NCBI GenBank assembly: GCA_008632985.1
Contig: QPGO01000097.1
Span: 124,001 to 188,000 of the forward strand
Length of the DNA: 64,000 nucleotides
Origin: Psammoneis japonica
Taxonomy: Eukaryota
Reading direction: 5' to 3'
Positions 32,840-46,008 of this stretch are shown here, one piece after another. Under the pieces are notes generated by a model. The model saw only the letters and a list, made by a program, of their open reading frames with translations. It was not told the origin of the DNA and ran no database searches. Made by a program: the position numbers and the translations under genes. Position 1 is the first letter of the stretch. Every line of letters begins with the position of its first letter.

Positions 32840-35525
32840 CTAAGCACTTGCACTAGTCAGCCAGACACTTGCAGTTTGGCGAAGCGCGGACATTTCCGTT
32901 TCAGATAGCGTCAATTCGTTGTCGGATAGTTGAGTCTGGTCAAGCACCCAGTTGATGCAATTCACCGCAAACGTTTTGAAATCACGAATGGCGTCGCACC
33001 TAAACGCTTCGCTCTCCCAGATATGCTGCATTGAAACATTTTGGAGTCGCGGCGAACCAAACGCGAACGTACACGACGGGCGAAAGTCCACAGCACATTC
33101 AAGAGGATGAAGAGCCGTTCTGTACTGTTGGAACTCGGCTGCAAGCGGTTCGCATGACAAAATTAGCCGGTAGATCTGGCTGCCTAAGGTCGCGCAAACA
33201 GTTGCCGGTGTAGACATGCAGAAAGATGCAATGACTGACGTAACAACCATTGACCTCCTCGTTTCGGTTGTCGCACCAGCAAGGAGCCTCTGGGAAACGG
33301 CTCTCGCGAGTTCGGTGTCTGCAACTGGACTTGCGTTGCAAATTGGCCTCGGCGCCTTCTGCACGGGGGAGCTTGTCTCAGAAACGCAGTTTACGGGTCT
33401 CTTCACCTCGTGAAACGATGCGCGGTCGTCCTCGCTTGTCAGGCTATCGTCTCCATCTGTCACCACGGTGCTGCTCGATTCTCTTCGACGTCGAAGACCC
33501 GGTGGTAAACCCTTCCCAAAAGCCACCGATGACTTTGGCGGAGTAGAGTCACTCTCCGACTCACACTCGTCATCGTACGTAAGGATACCGTAGGCTGCTG
33601 AGTACTCCGTCGATAGCTGACCTCTGGTGTGGGGAGGTGTTACGACTCCGTGCGCCCCACCACGACGTGTCCTGGGCAGCCCCTTTTTGGCCCTTCTGGC
33701 GTATTCCTCGAGTTTCATTGCCACCTGAGACACAACAAGGGATTGCTCGATCATTTCTGAACGTACGTCTTTCTCTGTCATGCTGGTTCCATCTTGGTCT
33801 TCATCCTTGGCATCCTGGTGATTCGCGCCAGCCTGGGCACTGAGGCTGCCAGAAGAACCAGAATTGACAAGTGACAAGTCTACAACAACCGAATCACCAT
33901 TGTCTTTGTCTATATGCGGGCTACTCCTCAGGCCACGCCAGTCACGTTGCGGTCGTTTTGCATCCGCGCCAAGTTTTTCAAGCGGAGTACTCCGTTTTTT
34001 TCTCAGGTTTCGGACGTTGCTTCTTGAATCATCTTCATTAGTACCGTCGACAGACGAGTCTTCGTTGCCGCTCTGATCCTGTGAAGAGGCATGGTAATTG
34101 ATACTAGGCATGGATTCTTTTCGTTCCGCGGTTGCCACAAACGAGCTGTTGTTGGCGTTTCTCCGAGAGCCTCTCGAGGAGAATCTGTTCTTTCGACCAT
34201 CTACACCCGGACATGTTCGGCGCCTCAATAAGTGAAGGTCATGTGGTCTGTCTCTATGGAATAGGCTGTGCTTGTATATCCAGAAAGTACGCTCTCGGTT
34301 GACCTTTCGGAAGTTGTAGAAGTTCAGCTGTCTTACAAGAGATTGAAAGCGAGAGTGTCGAAAGTAGTGCGGCAAAGTTTCTGATTCTAACCGATTCAAG
34401 TCCGCCCCAATCCTAAAGGCATCACCTGAAGGTGTCCACTATGATATGTGATGGAAGAAAATTGAAAGGTGGAAGGCGGGGTGAGATTTTTGAAAACGGG
34501 ATGAATCACAACGTCATGCTCGCTCGCGCTCGCTCTGTTTGTGCTGATGACATCACACACAACACAACGGATGGACGATAATGTATGTATGCATGGCTGA
34601 ATGCATATATTACGTGCATCATCAAATGTGATGAAGCCCATAACCTAAAATGTGAGAGGTGGACCAATTTCCGCCTCACGTTGGTTTTTGAGCCTTGCGA
34701 TTGGTTGAGCAACGCCACACACATTCTTTGTCATGCGCCGTACGGTACAATCCTACATGCGTAAAAATCGAAGAATCTTGCGATCTTGCGGTTCATGTTT
34801 GGCGGCAACTGCGCGCGGAAATGCAGCGAAACGAGAAGTGCCATGGCCTGGCCATGGCGGGGAAAACAAAAGGAAAAATGACGCAGCGAAAAAATGAAAA
34901 AGGAACACAGAAATCGGCAATCATCCATATAGGAACGCATGGTGGAACGTAGTGTAACTGATGAATGCGTCTGTCGTACTCCAAGATTGAACAAGAGACA
35001 AGGCGGAGTTCCTGCAACGAAGGCGACGATCAAAGTGATCAAAGTAGCTTGTGGGCATTGTTTCTCGTCTTATGGTATTCCTTGGATGCTCGAACTGCAC
35101 CGTTACTCGAAGTTTCTGGTGCAATCAATAAGATCATCTCGCAGAAGAATCCTCCGTGCATCCTCGAATCGACGAACTTACGAAGAACAAATACAAGTCG
35201 CACTAACTTGGTGCAAGAGAATGCTTTTTGAACCTCGTTCACAGTAAAACGATGAGGCGACCCAAAAAACGCTTCAACAGCAGCAGTATCACAAGCATAG
35301 AGAAACGATCGACGATGAAGCAACGTTCTGTAGCACACGCCGGTCTGTGGGGGGTAGATTGCCCAAAGAAAGAAGACTTACCGAAATAAGTTCGTCCGGC
35401 GCGCCATTGACCATTTGGTACAACTTCAGAATGAACCCGGACGGAATCGCTCCACTTCCATCTTTGTTGGCAGGTGGAGTGGAATCCTTGGGACCGAGGT
35501 CGCTAAGGGCCGTTGTGGTTGCCAT
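32840..35525 (-). CDS. Heat-shock transcription factor (HSF DNA-binding domain)
   Basis: Exon 1 35525-35382 (FILKLYQMV...LIS) joins exon 2 from 34438 (WTPSGDAFRI...LPHYFRHSRFQSLVRQLNFYNFRK). Confidence 0.9.
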
Positions 35526-35962
35526 CGCATTGTTCTTTCTTTGAGAAAAGTAATGTGTAGTTTGTGCGCTTTTTTATCGTCTGATGACTTTTTTCGTGAG
35601 GTTCCACCGCGCCAATTCCTGCCTCTCGCGCCGATATCAAATGTCCAATCAACATGTATCTATGGTACTTATCAACGTAGGTGCTCACCAATGCTATGAA
35701 CGAGTCTAGCTAGCTGGTACATTTCTACGGTAACCTCACGGGTGGACGTGTGTCAACCGCCAGCATCGAATGAATGAATGAATGAATGAAATGAAACCCG
35801 GATCAAGAAGGCAGAACGTACGCCTACTTCTGGTTGCCGACCACAACTCCCGCCCAGCAACGTGGCCCAACTACCATACTTCTAACAACAACTGGTACAG
35901 TACAGGAGCACGCACTTAGCACTGAAACCCAAAACCTTTATCATTAACATTGCTACCGTACA

Positions 35963-37663
35963 ATGGCGCCAGCTGCCGCTTCCTTGTCTCAGACGTTTTC
36001 CTCTTGCACATTTGCCCCTTGTTCCGCTGATGGAATTTCCTCCACCCCCATTGTTACTAACGGTGATGGTAGCTGGAGCACTACGTCGTACTATCTTGAT
36101 TCATCAGGGCGTTCCAAATTTATTCTCACGTTGCAGCTCGGATGTCAGTCAAAAGAAGACCTCGACCAGCTCGTGTCATCAGGCTGTATACACCCTTTAC
36201 CACAGGGTTGTGAATGTGAAGTTCCCGTTCAAGATTCTCCGCTGCTCAAGTTTGAAGTGAAAAGTCACACAACAAACGAAGACAAGGCGGTCGCCGTCGA
36301 GGGTATCGCCGTGCTCTCGTGTCAGGTCACAGGAAATTCGCTACTCTTTGAAACGGAGGTGGTGGTGCGTGCAGCTTCTCCTTCGAGACGCCGTTCCTCT
36401 GCAGGAGTTTCTCGGGTTTCGAGTAGACTTTCCTCTTCGTCATCGAAATATGGCAAATCGCCATCTTTGATTTCAGCTGCCTCTATTTCTTCAGTAAGCG
36501 GCGGTGCTTTCGATGAGAAATCCCTCTGCTCGACCCTGTTGGAAATAACTGCTATTTTGTCCCACCGAAAGAAAACAAGTAACAAACAAACTGTCTCTCC
36601 TGGTATTTTGGCGCTGGAACTGGGCGGTGGCACACTACCCGGCGACGTAAACCACCCTTCCCACGGGGGGACGCTTCAGACGAAACTGGAACCTGCCTTA
36701 CTCAACCTGGAATTGACTCCCGCTCTGGCTCTTTCTGTGAAGAATGTAGCCGGCTCATCAGGTGGGAAAACGCTTGTTTCTCTTACTATAAAGCATTCGA
36801 ATACGCATTCGTTTCCGGTCACTGTTACAAATGTAGCGTTGCATCCAGGACACTCTCGACAAGAGCCAGGCCGAAGGAAGGACAGAAGCATGCCCGGTGG
36901 TCAACAATACGTGACAGATATGAGTAAATTTGTCCAATGGGGATATGCCCCCCAGACTGAGCTTACCCTGCCACTGACACTGTATCCACATGACGCGTAC
37001 TCGACTGTTCTAATGATTGATGCCGGCGAAGATTTGCGCAGTCGATCTTTTCTTTCGCCAGTTTCGATCACGGCCGTAGTGGGAGACGCGGATGAGGATC
37101 GAGAGGCAAGCTTCGGTCATCAGCCTTGTGTTGTTGCTACTGCTGATTGTGAGTGGATCACTGGTCGAGTTGCCGTGGAGCCGGCAGATGCGTTTCGCGT
37201 TGACATGACCCTTAAAGAAAGTTGCTGCCATGTAGGAGGACAAGTCCTTGTCTCTTTGGCGGTAACTAACTTGAGCACCGAGGCAAGAGATCTTATGCTG
37301 CTCATGGCCAAGGATGACGACAGGAAATCGTCTAAGCCAGGCTCTGTAAATACTGCTGTCGTGTCGGAGGTGAATGGTTACACGTTCGGAGTGTGGGGTC
37401 TCTCTACCGGAGACGATGATGGGACGACGCGACACAATCGCGACCACGAATTGTTGGCAGTAGATGCAGCATTACTTCTCGGTGAAGTAAAGGGGCAGCA
37501 TTCTGTAGAGGCAGAACTAAGATTCGTCCCTCTCCGTGAAGGCACCCTCGACGTTCCAAACTTCAAATTATATGACAAGATCCACGGAAAGTGGTACAAC
37601 TGCGTCCACATGCTCAAGATAGTTGCCGCGTCGAAGAAAGAGCAGCATTCTGTCCCCGCTTGA
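35963..37663 (+). CDS. Uncharacterised 566-aa protein; C-terminus resembles beta-sandwich TRAPP-subunit-like domains
   Basis: Long single ORF with normal composition; [13 protein letters not shown]...[21 protein letters not shown]. Family assignment is tentative. Confidence 0.6.
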   Translation: MAPAAASLSQTFSSCTFAPCSADGISSTPIVTNGDGSWSTTSYYLDSSGRSKFILTLQLGCQSKEDLDQLVSSGCIHPLPQGCECEVPVQDSPLLKFEVKSHTTNEDKAVAVEGIAVLSCQVTGNSLLFETEVVVRAASPSRRRSSAGVSRVSSRLSSSSSKYGKSPSLISAASISSVSGGAFDEKSLCSTLLEITAILSHRKKTSNKQTVSPGILALELGGGTLPGDVNHPSHGGTLQTKLEPALLNLELTPALALSVKNVAGSSGGKTLVSLTIKHSNTHSFPVTVTNVALHPGHSRQEPGRRKDRSMPGGQQYVTDMSKFVQWGYAPQTELTLPLTLYPHDAYSTVLMIDAGEDLRSRSFLSPVSITAVVGDADEDREASFGHQPCVVATADCEWITGRVAVEPADAFRVDMTLKESCCHVGGQVLVSLAVTNLSTEARDLMLLMAKDDDRKSSKPGSVNTAVVSEVNGYTFGVWGLSTGDDDGTTRHNRDHELLAVDAALLLGEVKGQHSVEAELRFVPLREGTLDVPNFKLYDKIHGKWYNCVHMLKIVAASKKEQHSVPA

Positions 37664-37913
37664 ACGAAACAGATGTGACTTCACAAATACTGTAACGTAG
37701 GGCCCTATGCCGATTGACGAGAACACACTAAAAAGACTGCTTGATCCTTGAACTACGAGCATTTCCCAACTATTTAACTGTCTATTTCCCAACTATTTAA
37801 CTGTCTAAAAGTATACATGAGAAGACACAGTACCTTTCACCTATTTGTTATGTTCCGCGCAAAACTTGCATCTGGGTTGTCTGCCTGAGGACTATACCGT
37901 GTCTTATGACTCC

Positions 37914-40048
37914 CTACTCAATATCCTCGATCATCAATACGTCTTGGACCCTGTCGAGACGAGCACGATTGATTATAAACAAGAGCGGGTGAACAACATT
38001 AAGCATAGCGAACGCGACAACATGTTCCATCCCTTGACAAATACACTTACATCCTGATTTCAGAATTGGCCTGCGGGGAAATGGCATGAATGTATGCCTG
38101 CTCATATTCGTCGTTGTCCTTCAGGACACTACAGACGCACATGAAATCAATCAGTTCGTGGACATCAACCTCCAGAGCTTTCGCGTACACGACGAGGACT
38201 CGAGCAAACTCAGGACGATCTAACTTCTGGTTTCCGTCTTCGTCGAATGCAAGCATGACGAGCGCTGCCCGCTGCACAGATTCGTCGACATCCATGGCTT
38301 CCTGATACTTGCGCATACCAAGTAGAAGCTCCTCGTAATCGATTTGTCCATCTTTGTTTAGGTCCCAAAGATCAAAGAGGCGGTGAATCTTGCTATACTG
38401 TAAAGCATCGAGGACTGCTAATGCCTCCTTCTCCTCGGCAATGGCATCGCTTGCCATTTCGTACATCTCGTCGGCGATGATGAGCTCGGCTAGCTCCTCT
38501 TCAGTGACTTCCGCAGGTTTGCACATGGCGAGAGTGAGGTAATCAGCCACCTCGTCGAACGTCACTTCCCCTGCCGCAACAATGTTCACTAGGGTAGATC
38601 AGTCGGGCGCGGGACGTGGCAGCGGGTGAGATTCAAAAAAAAAAAAAAATCCAGTACGCTCTCGCACACAGTTATTACTTACAAATCAAACGAGCAAACT
38701 GCTCGTAGTCAAGCTTCCGCTCGTCATCCTTATCGAGCATGAGGAGAAGCTGAACCGAGGCCTTGGCAGACTGCTGCATGTCGTTCGACAGCCTGAAGAG
38801 ACCCACTGCCACTTCCTTAAAGTCCACCCATCCATCACCGTTCATGTCAAACAGAAGGAAAAGTGCAACCATTCGCTCGTCGGCGAGGGCGTCGTAGAAC
38901 GCAGACGTCTGTCTGACAGCATCGTCGATATCCTTTGCTGCCATCTCGCCGACAAGCTCCTCCATAGGATCGTTCCCCCCTTCCGAGAAAAGTAGCTGAA
39001 GAATAATAAACTCCGAAAACTCGTGAAAGGTGACTCCCAGCTCGTTCAACATTGTGTTTACGAAATCTTTGAACTCCTCAAGGTCCAGCTTTGCATCATC
39101 ATCCGTATCAAAGAGCGCAACCATCTTAATGGCCCGCTCCAAGCCTTCAGCAAAGGACATTCCCTCGTTTCTCTTCCTGATTCCATCGGATAGTTCACGG
39201 GCGTCAATGCGCCCATCGCCGTCTTTGTCTAGGAGACTGAAGAGCAATGAAATCTTGTCGTCGTCGCTCATTGAAGATAGGCCGTTCAAGAGCTTGAGCT
39301 GAGCCTGGAGCGCAAATATCTGGAGCTCAATGTTTGCCTTCGCGAAAACAACAAAGTCGCTCATCGATTCGGACTCCGTAGCCTTCTTCTTCTGCACCAC
39401 TGAAGTCCTGCGAACACTCATCCTCAACTTCTCAGTGTTGAGCTCCTTTGTCTTCTTGACGTTCTCAAGCTGTTTAGCTAGCATCGTGCTATCGGGAGAC
39501 TTCTGCAATCCTTCTTCGAGCACCTCGATGGCTTCGCTGTACCTCTGTTGGAAAAAAAATAGAGATTAGACAACAGAATCTACTACACCATGAGAGCAGC
39601 GTAGTATGGTGGACTAACCTTGAGAGCCTGAAGAGCTCCAGCCTTACGCGAGTAGCCCTTTGCGAAATCCGAATTCAGCTCGATGCATTTGTTGGCGTCG
39701 CGGAGGGCCTTACTGGGCTCACCATTTTTCTAGGCCGAAGAAATGAAGCAGAATTCAGGATACCGCGTGTTGGAAACAAACGCTTCCGTTTGAAGAAACA
39801 ACTTACAAGGTAGGCCGCCGACCGGTTTGAGTAGAGAACATGGTTTGACTTGTTTAACTCGATCGCTTTCGAGTACGCGTCAATTGCGTCGGGAAACTTC
39901 TCCGCCGCGAACGCGTCGTTCCCGACAGATTTCAACTACAGTACCGAACGAGGTGCGAGGTCGCGCCAGGGTTAGCAAGTCGACGCTTCATCATGCTTCG
40001 TCATACTCATTGCCACAGGAAAGCACCTACCTCTTCAGCTGTTGCCAT
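37914..40048 (-). CDS. TPR (STI1/Hop TPR1-like) plus multi-EF-hand protein, multi-exon
   Basis: LKSVGNDAF...YSKAIEL...LYSNRSAAYL, FAKGYSRKAGAL; EF loops DKDGDGRIDARE, DTDDDAKLDLEE, DMNGDGWVDFKE, DKDDERKLDYEQ, DLNKDGQIDYEE, DEDGNQKLDRPE. Confidence 0.85.
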
Positions 40049-40607
40049 GTTGTCTATGTCTATGGGTTCCCACTACTTTCAACTTCTATTCTTCGTCTTG
40101 GTTCGCGTCGCCGGTGCAATAAAACTTACAAAACAGTCACAGCAACAAACAGCAAAAAAGATTCCTAACCACTCAAGATCACTCGCGAAGATCCTGAGAA
40201 TTGGCATACGATTTTATGTCTTTCTTCGGGATGTTATATTTTCATGAATGAACGGAAAGTTGTTAGTCATTCACTCCCATTAACATGGCACAGTGAATCT
40301 AATCAAAAGCTTAATTGATACATATCAATTGCCCGTTTCAAAACATAAGAAGAAAGATACTTATCATAGAGTGACATGACAACAGTCACATTTTTCTTGT
40401 CCGTTTTTTCTCCTCCTTTTTTTTTTCTTCTGCATTTTGTCGGCATGCATCCATCACTGTATTAATACCGGTACTTTAACAACATACCTCCATTAGAGCG
40501 TAGGCATTGTTCGTTCCTCATTTTTGCTGTTGAAGGCCTTGCCAACAAGGTTGTGACCAAAGGAATTGTCGTTGCGTCCGTGTGTCGTGTGGGAGAGAGC
40601 CGCCACA

Positions 40608-43600
40608 ATGCCGACCAATAGTGCCGTGATGAACCGGATTCGCATGTTCGAGAAGAATGAATTTTCTAGTAGACCTGAACCTATCGACTCTGGAAGGGTC
40701 AAGAAGCTTCGTTCGGGTTCTCCACATCTCTGGAACCGTGACAATGTCACAATAGCTGAGGATGGGAGAAGCGTTAATAACGGAATCGAATCTCCCAAGC
40801 AGAGACCTACACAGAAGTCGCCTGCATTCCTTGCTCATCTTGAAAAGAGGAGAGAGAAGTCTGCATTCGAAGAGCATAAAGATACGAATATCGAACTACC
40901 ACAGAGATTTGGCGTCGCTGTGCCTCCTTCGATGATCAAGCCGGAAGACTGTTCTATTGGGGTGGTGTCAGTGGGAACGTACGAGTCCACTTTGACGGAT
41001 CTAACTCCAAATATTTATGTAGATCAAAGTCCCAACACACTTGATGAGAATATTGCTCCTGAAGACGTGGGTGAAATTGCTTGGCCTTCGCCAGAGAAAA
41101 ATCCGATCAACTCTCAGGTAAATGCGGTCAAGGGAGGCCATGGGCCATTAATGTCGCACACGAATGATCAGGAAGAAATTTCGGAACCAGAATTGCGACA
41201 GATCACAAAAGGGGTGGAAAAGGATACCGCCACTGCTCAAGGCAAGCAATTGGAACAGTCAAACCAACCCAGCTCTATGTCCGGGTCGCTTTTGAAACAG
41301 AATCTTGAATCCGCCTCTGTCGTAATGCAAGAAGAGAAAGCGAGCAGTATAGGCTCTGGGTCATCCTCACAGCGGTCTTCTCTGAACGCTGATGAATTGG
41401 GAAGCATCGCAATGCGTGCTTATCTTGCTTCCAAGAGAAAAAACATGTCGAGAACAAGCCGTGTTGCCCGCCAAGAGAATCTCTCTCCGCGTAGCAAGCC
41501 AAACCAGATTAATTACGAAGTTGACGACAACACAGTGTTGTCGGATTTGACGTTCAGTACAAAATCAAGTGCAGGGCAGACATCTGGTTTGACCTCGCCG
41601 AGCCAATCACGACGTGTGGCTCGTACGCCTAGCTTGGACTCTGGCGGAAAGTGTGTTTCGGCTACTCTGTCAGGAAGGTCAAGTGCTAGAAGTATCAGAT
41701 CTGTACACCTGAGTAAGCTGGCAGCACGGAGAAAGGCAGCTACTCTGCGTCAGAATTATCTTGTGAGAACGGGTGGAGCATCAGCTCAATCTGAAGAGAC
41801 GAGTTCCTCTGCGCCGTCGGAAACGTCTTACGGCCACACCGAGTCCTCTGATTCCACAAGCTGGTCTCGATCTAGTGTATCTACGAAGCAGATTGGGTCC
41901 CCTAGGCCTGTCACAAACGCTACAAGAAGTGAGATTCCTGCTTTAGGTGATGATCAAGGTCCCGCCACCAGACCTCCCTCACGCTCGAATACAAGACGTA
42001 CTTATCGCCTGGCAGTATTGTCAGGAGCGCTCTCACGGACACAACCGGCAAGTCCAGTGTGTTTCAACGAGACATCATCTCAAAGATCAATTAAGCAGAT
42101 TAGCGAAACTCAAAATCCTCCCAAAATGTCAAGGAAAGATGAAATCGCCTCTGTTTCGTCACGTGAGACTACAACTGTTGCATCCGACGTGACGTCCCAG
42201 TCGTGCAACAGTCATCGCTCTGCTCCTCGAAGAGAAGCACTAGATCGAATCTCAAGGCATAAAGCTGCATCTCTGAAGGAGGAATCTAAACCAAATAGCA
42301 ATGAATCATCCTCTGCAAAGACCATCAAGCAGATAAGCGAAGCTCAAAATCCTCCCCAGATACCGAGCAAAGATGAAAACGACGGGGTTTCGACGGGTAA
42401 GATTGCAACTTTTGCATCCGATGTGATGTCCCAGTCGTACAACAACGGTCATCGCTCTTTCTATCAAAGGGGAGCTCTAGATCGAATCTCAAAGCATAAA
42501 GCTGCATCTCTGAAGGTGGAATCGAAGCCCTGTAATCAAGAATCTTCCTCTGCGAAGTCCATTAACCAGCTTGGCGAAACTCAAAATCCTCCCCAGATAT
42601 CCGGCAAAGATGAAAATACCGGGGTTGCGTCAGGTGGGGTTACAGTTGCTGCATCCGACGTGACGTCCCAGTCGTACAACAGTCATTGCTCCGCTTCTCT
42701 AAGAGAAGCGCTAGAGCAAACCTCAAAGCATCAAGCTGCATCTCGGAGCAAGGATCTCAAACCCAGTAACCGAGAACCTTCCCCTGCGAAGTCCATTAAG
42801 CAGATAAGCGAAGCTGAGAAGTCTCCTCAGATTCCTAGCAAAGATGAAAACGCCGGGGCTTCATCTCGTGAGATTACGACTGTTGCATCGGGCGTGACGT
42901 ACCAGTCGTACAGCAGTCATTGCCCTGCACCTCGAAGAGAAGCGCTAGAGCGAACCTCAGAGCATGAAGCTGCATCTCTGAGTGAGGACCCCAAACCCAG
43001 TAACAGAGAATCTTGCCCTACGAAGCCTGGGAAGCAGATATGCGAAACTCAAAATCCTCCTCAGAAAAGCAGCAAGGACAAAAATGCCGAGGTTTCGTCA
43101 CGTGAGATTACGACAGTTGCATCTGACGTGACGTCCCAGTCGTACAACAGTCTTCGCTCTGCTCCTCGAAGAGAAGCGCTAGAGCGAATCTCAAAGCACA
43201 AAGCAGCATCTCTGAGTGAGGAATCTAAGCCCAGTAACCAAGATTCTCCCTCTGTGAAGCAGAAAGGTCTTCACAAGGATGATATTGAGCCTACTGCCCC
43301 CAACAAGTTCAAAAGTATTGGTTCTGCCTTCAAAAATGCTCGTAGAACTCAGTCCCCTGCATCCATGGTACACGAGCAAACAAACGAATCAACACGTTCC
43401 ACTCCGTCTGTGATAGGACAGAAGAAATCTCCTCGACCACCATCATTTGTCGAAACGGATCCTCAGAAATGCACTGAACAAGCAACTCCAGATCAAGTTA
43501 CCCGCGCGCCTGCTAACCTGGGGACGTGTCCTTCTCACGAAAAATTCTCCCATCCGGATCCAACACCGAACAGTGTCCCTCGCTCCCCATTGAAAAACCA

Positions 43601-45969
43601 ACCTCGGTCAGGGGCCCCTGGCGCACTTCCTTCGTCTGAAAGTCACGAGCGAAAAGAGAGAAATAGCGCCTTCTCAGCTTTCGCGGATGCCAAGAGTCGC
43701 ATTTCGAGTACTTCAAACGAGCGCTACGTACATACTGTAGCCACTACTTGTAAATTGCTAACGCCGACTCAAGAAATGACGACACCCCAAACTGCGAGCT
43801 CACCAAAAACATCAAGCGCTGCTGACAATGTACCTTCTGTTCGTATCCGAATTGGAGCTAGGAGCTTCAATAGAGTCGAAGTAAGTGAGAGTACCGGTGA
43901 CAGTCGTGACAAAAGCGAAGAGGAAGTTTCCCATGACGGGGCTTCTGAAGCACTGAAAGGTAGGGGCGGTGACTCTCGTGAATCTGTAGGCATACCGGAG
44001 GATGTAACCTTATCGAAACCAGCATCGGCAACTGATTCGCTCGAGTGGTGGAAGAAAAACTATGCTGGCTCACAAAATGAAGGTATCAATAATGTGGTTG
44101 AAAAGGCACTCGATTCTGTATCTAAGTACGGGCAGTTAGGCCGAGACAAACAAGGTGATATCGCAGACGATGTGTTCGGTGGACTCGAAAAGGGCCCATT
44201 AGGAAAGGCCCAGAATAGAGAAAGTTCCACCCTGCAGTACGACATTTCTTCTTCGGAGACGGAGATTACTCCCATATCATCATTTGGTGATGTATTTTCT
44301 GGTGTTGAGCCTTCAATAGAAACAGAAGAGACAGAGATGCTTTCGTCAACAAAAGAAATACCATCGGAAAGCACTACCAAATCTTCCACGGCGACGCCCC
44401 CACCACCACCGCCAAGGTCGTCAAACCCTGCTGGCTCCATTGTTGACGGGCCAGAAGTGATTAAAGCAGTGAATTCCGATATCACATCTTCGCTGATTGG
44501 AAGCGAGCGGTCCTCCTGGGAAGGTACAGAATTGTCCCGGACCACAACTACTAACTTAAATCAAGGAATGCGTCTTACCAATGTGCAAGAAGGAAACGAA
44601 GAAAGTCAAAGCGTTTCTGATCACAATGACGCGAATCTCGAGAAGAGCGAGCTCCTCGCAAGGAGAGAAATGGCTGTAAGGAGAGAAAAGGTGTTTCCCC
44701 CTGTAATTAAGAGCAATTCAGTCTCTCGTAAGCATCAAGTGGCAAGCGAGGATGAAAGTGATTTTGACAACGAGTACATAGAACTTGCAACTCACGATTC
44801 ACCTACAGAAGGCTCTCTTTTCATGAGTATGGGCTGGGGCTTCATTAACACGTTATCCAACGGCATGTGCCGAGACCCAGGTCAGTTTTCTGTCCGCAGG
44901 GTGTGCGCTTTCCCCGCTTTTCAAAGAAACTAACGATACGGTTTTCATTTTCCAGTGGGTCCAGACATAGTATCCCAGTCACTGTCATTGGATGAAATCG
45001 AAGGTCTTGGTAGTGGCTCCTTTACAGCCACAAGCGAAGCCTCCACCGTGCTAACAGAGAAGGTAGCGAGAGTTCCGTTGATGGCTTTGCCAACCAACGA
45101 ATTTCATCGTTATAAATACTTTTTGGAGCTCACTTTTACTTTATTCCTTTCTCACCATTTAGAAGAGACAAGTTTGGGAGGACTCCCGTCAGAATGAACT
45201 GGTGTTGCAGGGCGTTGGAAACAATACTATGTTGCACACGGAACGACGAGAAAAGGCGCTAAGTAAACTACGCGTGTATGCTGAGCACGCCAGAAATGGA
45301 CTTGTGGTCTCACATTCGATGTGCGACGAACCCCAAAGACAAAGTACTGGCGAGCTGCTTTCAAGTGATACTTCTAAAGCTTCTCTGACATCCGCAAATA
45401 TTGTTGCGGCAACCGGGAAAGCAGAGAAAAACAGAAAGAAGGATGCAGCTGTGGACCAAAGCTTTGAACTCTCTGCTAATCAAAGAGTAATTCTTGAGCA
45501 TTTCTGTACAAAGCTGAAAACGCACGGGTTGGAGGTATTGAAACTAAGCCGGGACAAGAAGTGGCAGCTCCGCTACCTGACCGTGTCAAAAGAGGTTTCG
45601 TGGCTTAGTCAATCAGGGGATCATGGGCAGATTCCCCGAGGAATTTTGTGGACTAAGAAGCTGAACACGAAGAGCAAAGATCACAGCATAACTGCTATCG
45701 GAAGACATGGACGCGGCGGCGTTCTCTCTGGTCAAATCCAGAGCGTGTCAGCAAGTGGACAGGGAAGTTCCCAGTATCCTGTTTCCAAGAAATACCAAAC
45801 CAAGTTCGATGGATCAGAGGCAGTTGAAGTCAAATATTTCGTTGAAGGAGTTTCGCGCTCAATCACATTTCTTTGTCGTAACAGAGAGGAAGCTCGTTTC
45901 CTCTGTACAGGTATGCGAGTGGTTATGGACGTAACTCAGAGGGAGCCGTCTTCACAACGCGTTGCTTAG
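40608..45969 (+). CDS. Large Ser-rich disordered protein with internal 78-aa repeats and a C-terminal PH-like domain
   Basis: 1455-aa ORF plus downstream exons (introns ~44881-44955 and ~45063-45162); terminal LKTHGLEVLKLSRDKKWQLRYLTVS...SITFLC...EARFLC resembles a PH fold (inference). Confidence 0.7.
42090..43255 (+). repeat. Five coding tandem repeats of ~234-237 bp
   Basis: IKQISETQNPP...ASDVTSQSYNSH...REALERISKHKAASL..ESKP units start near 42090, 42324, 42561, 42795 and 43030. Confidence 0.92.
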
Positions 45970-46008
45970 GGGAAAACCTAAGTTACATAATCTACGTTTC
46001 ATATTACG

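Noticed and set aside
37761..37806. 23-bp perfect tandem duplication; also (gaat)n at ~35768-35790
   Set aside because: Ordinary slippage-type repeats with no further structure.
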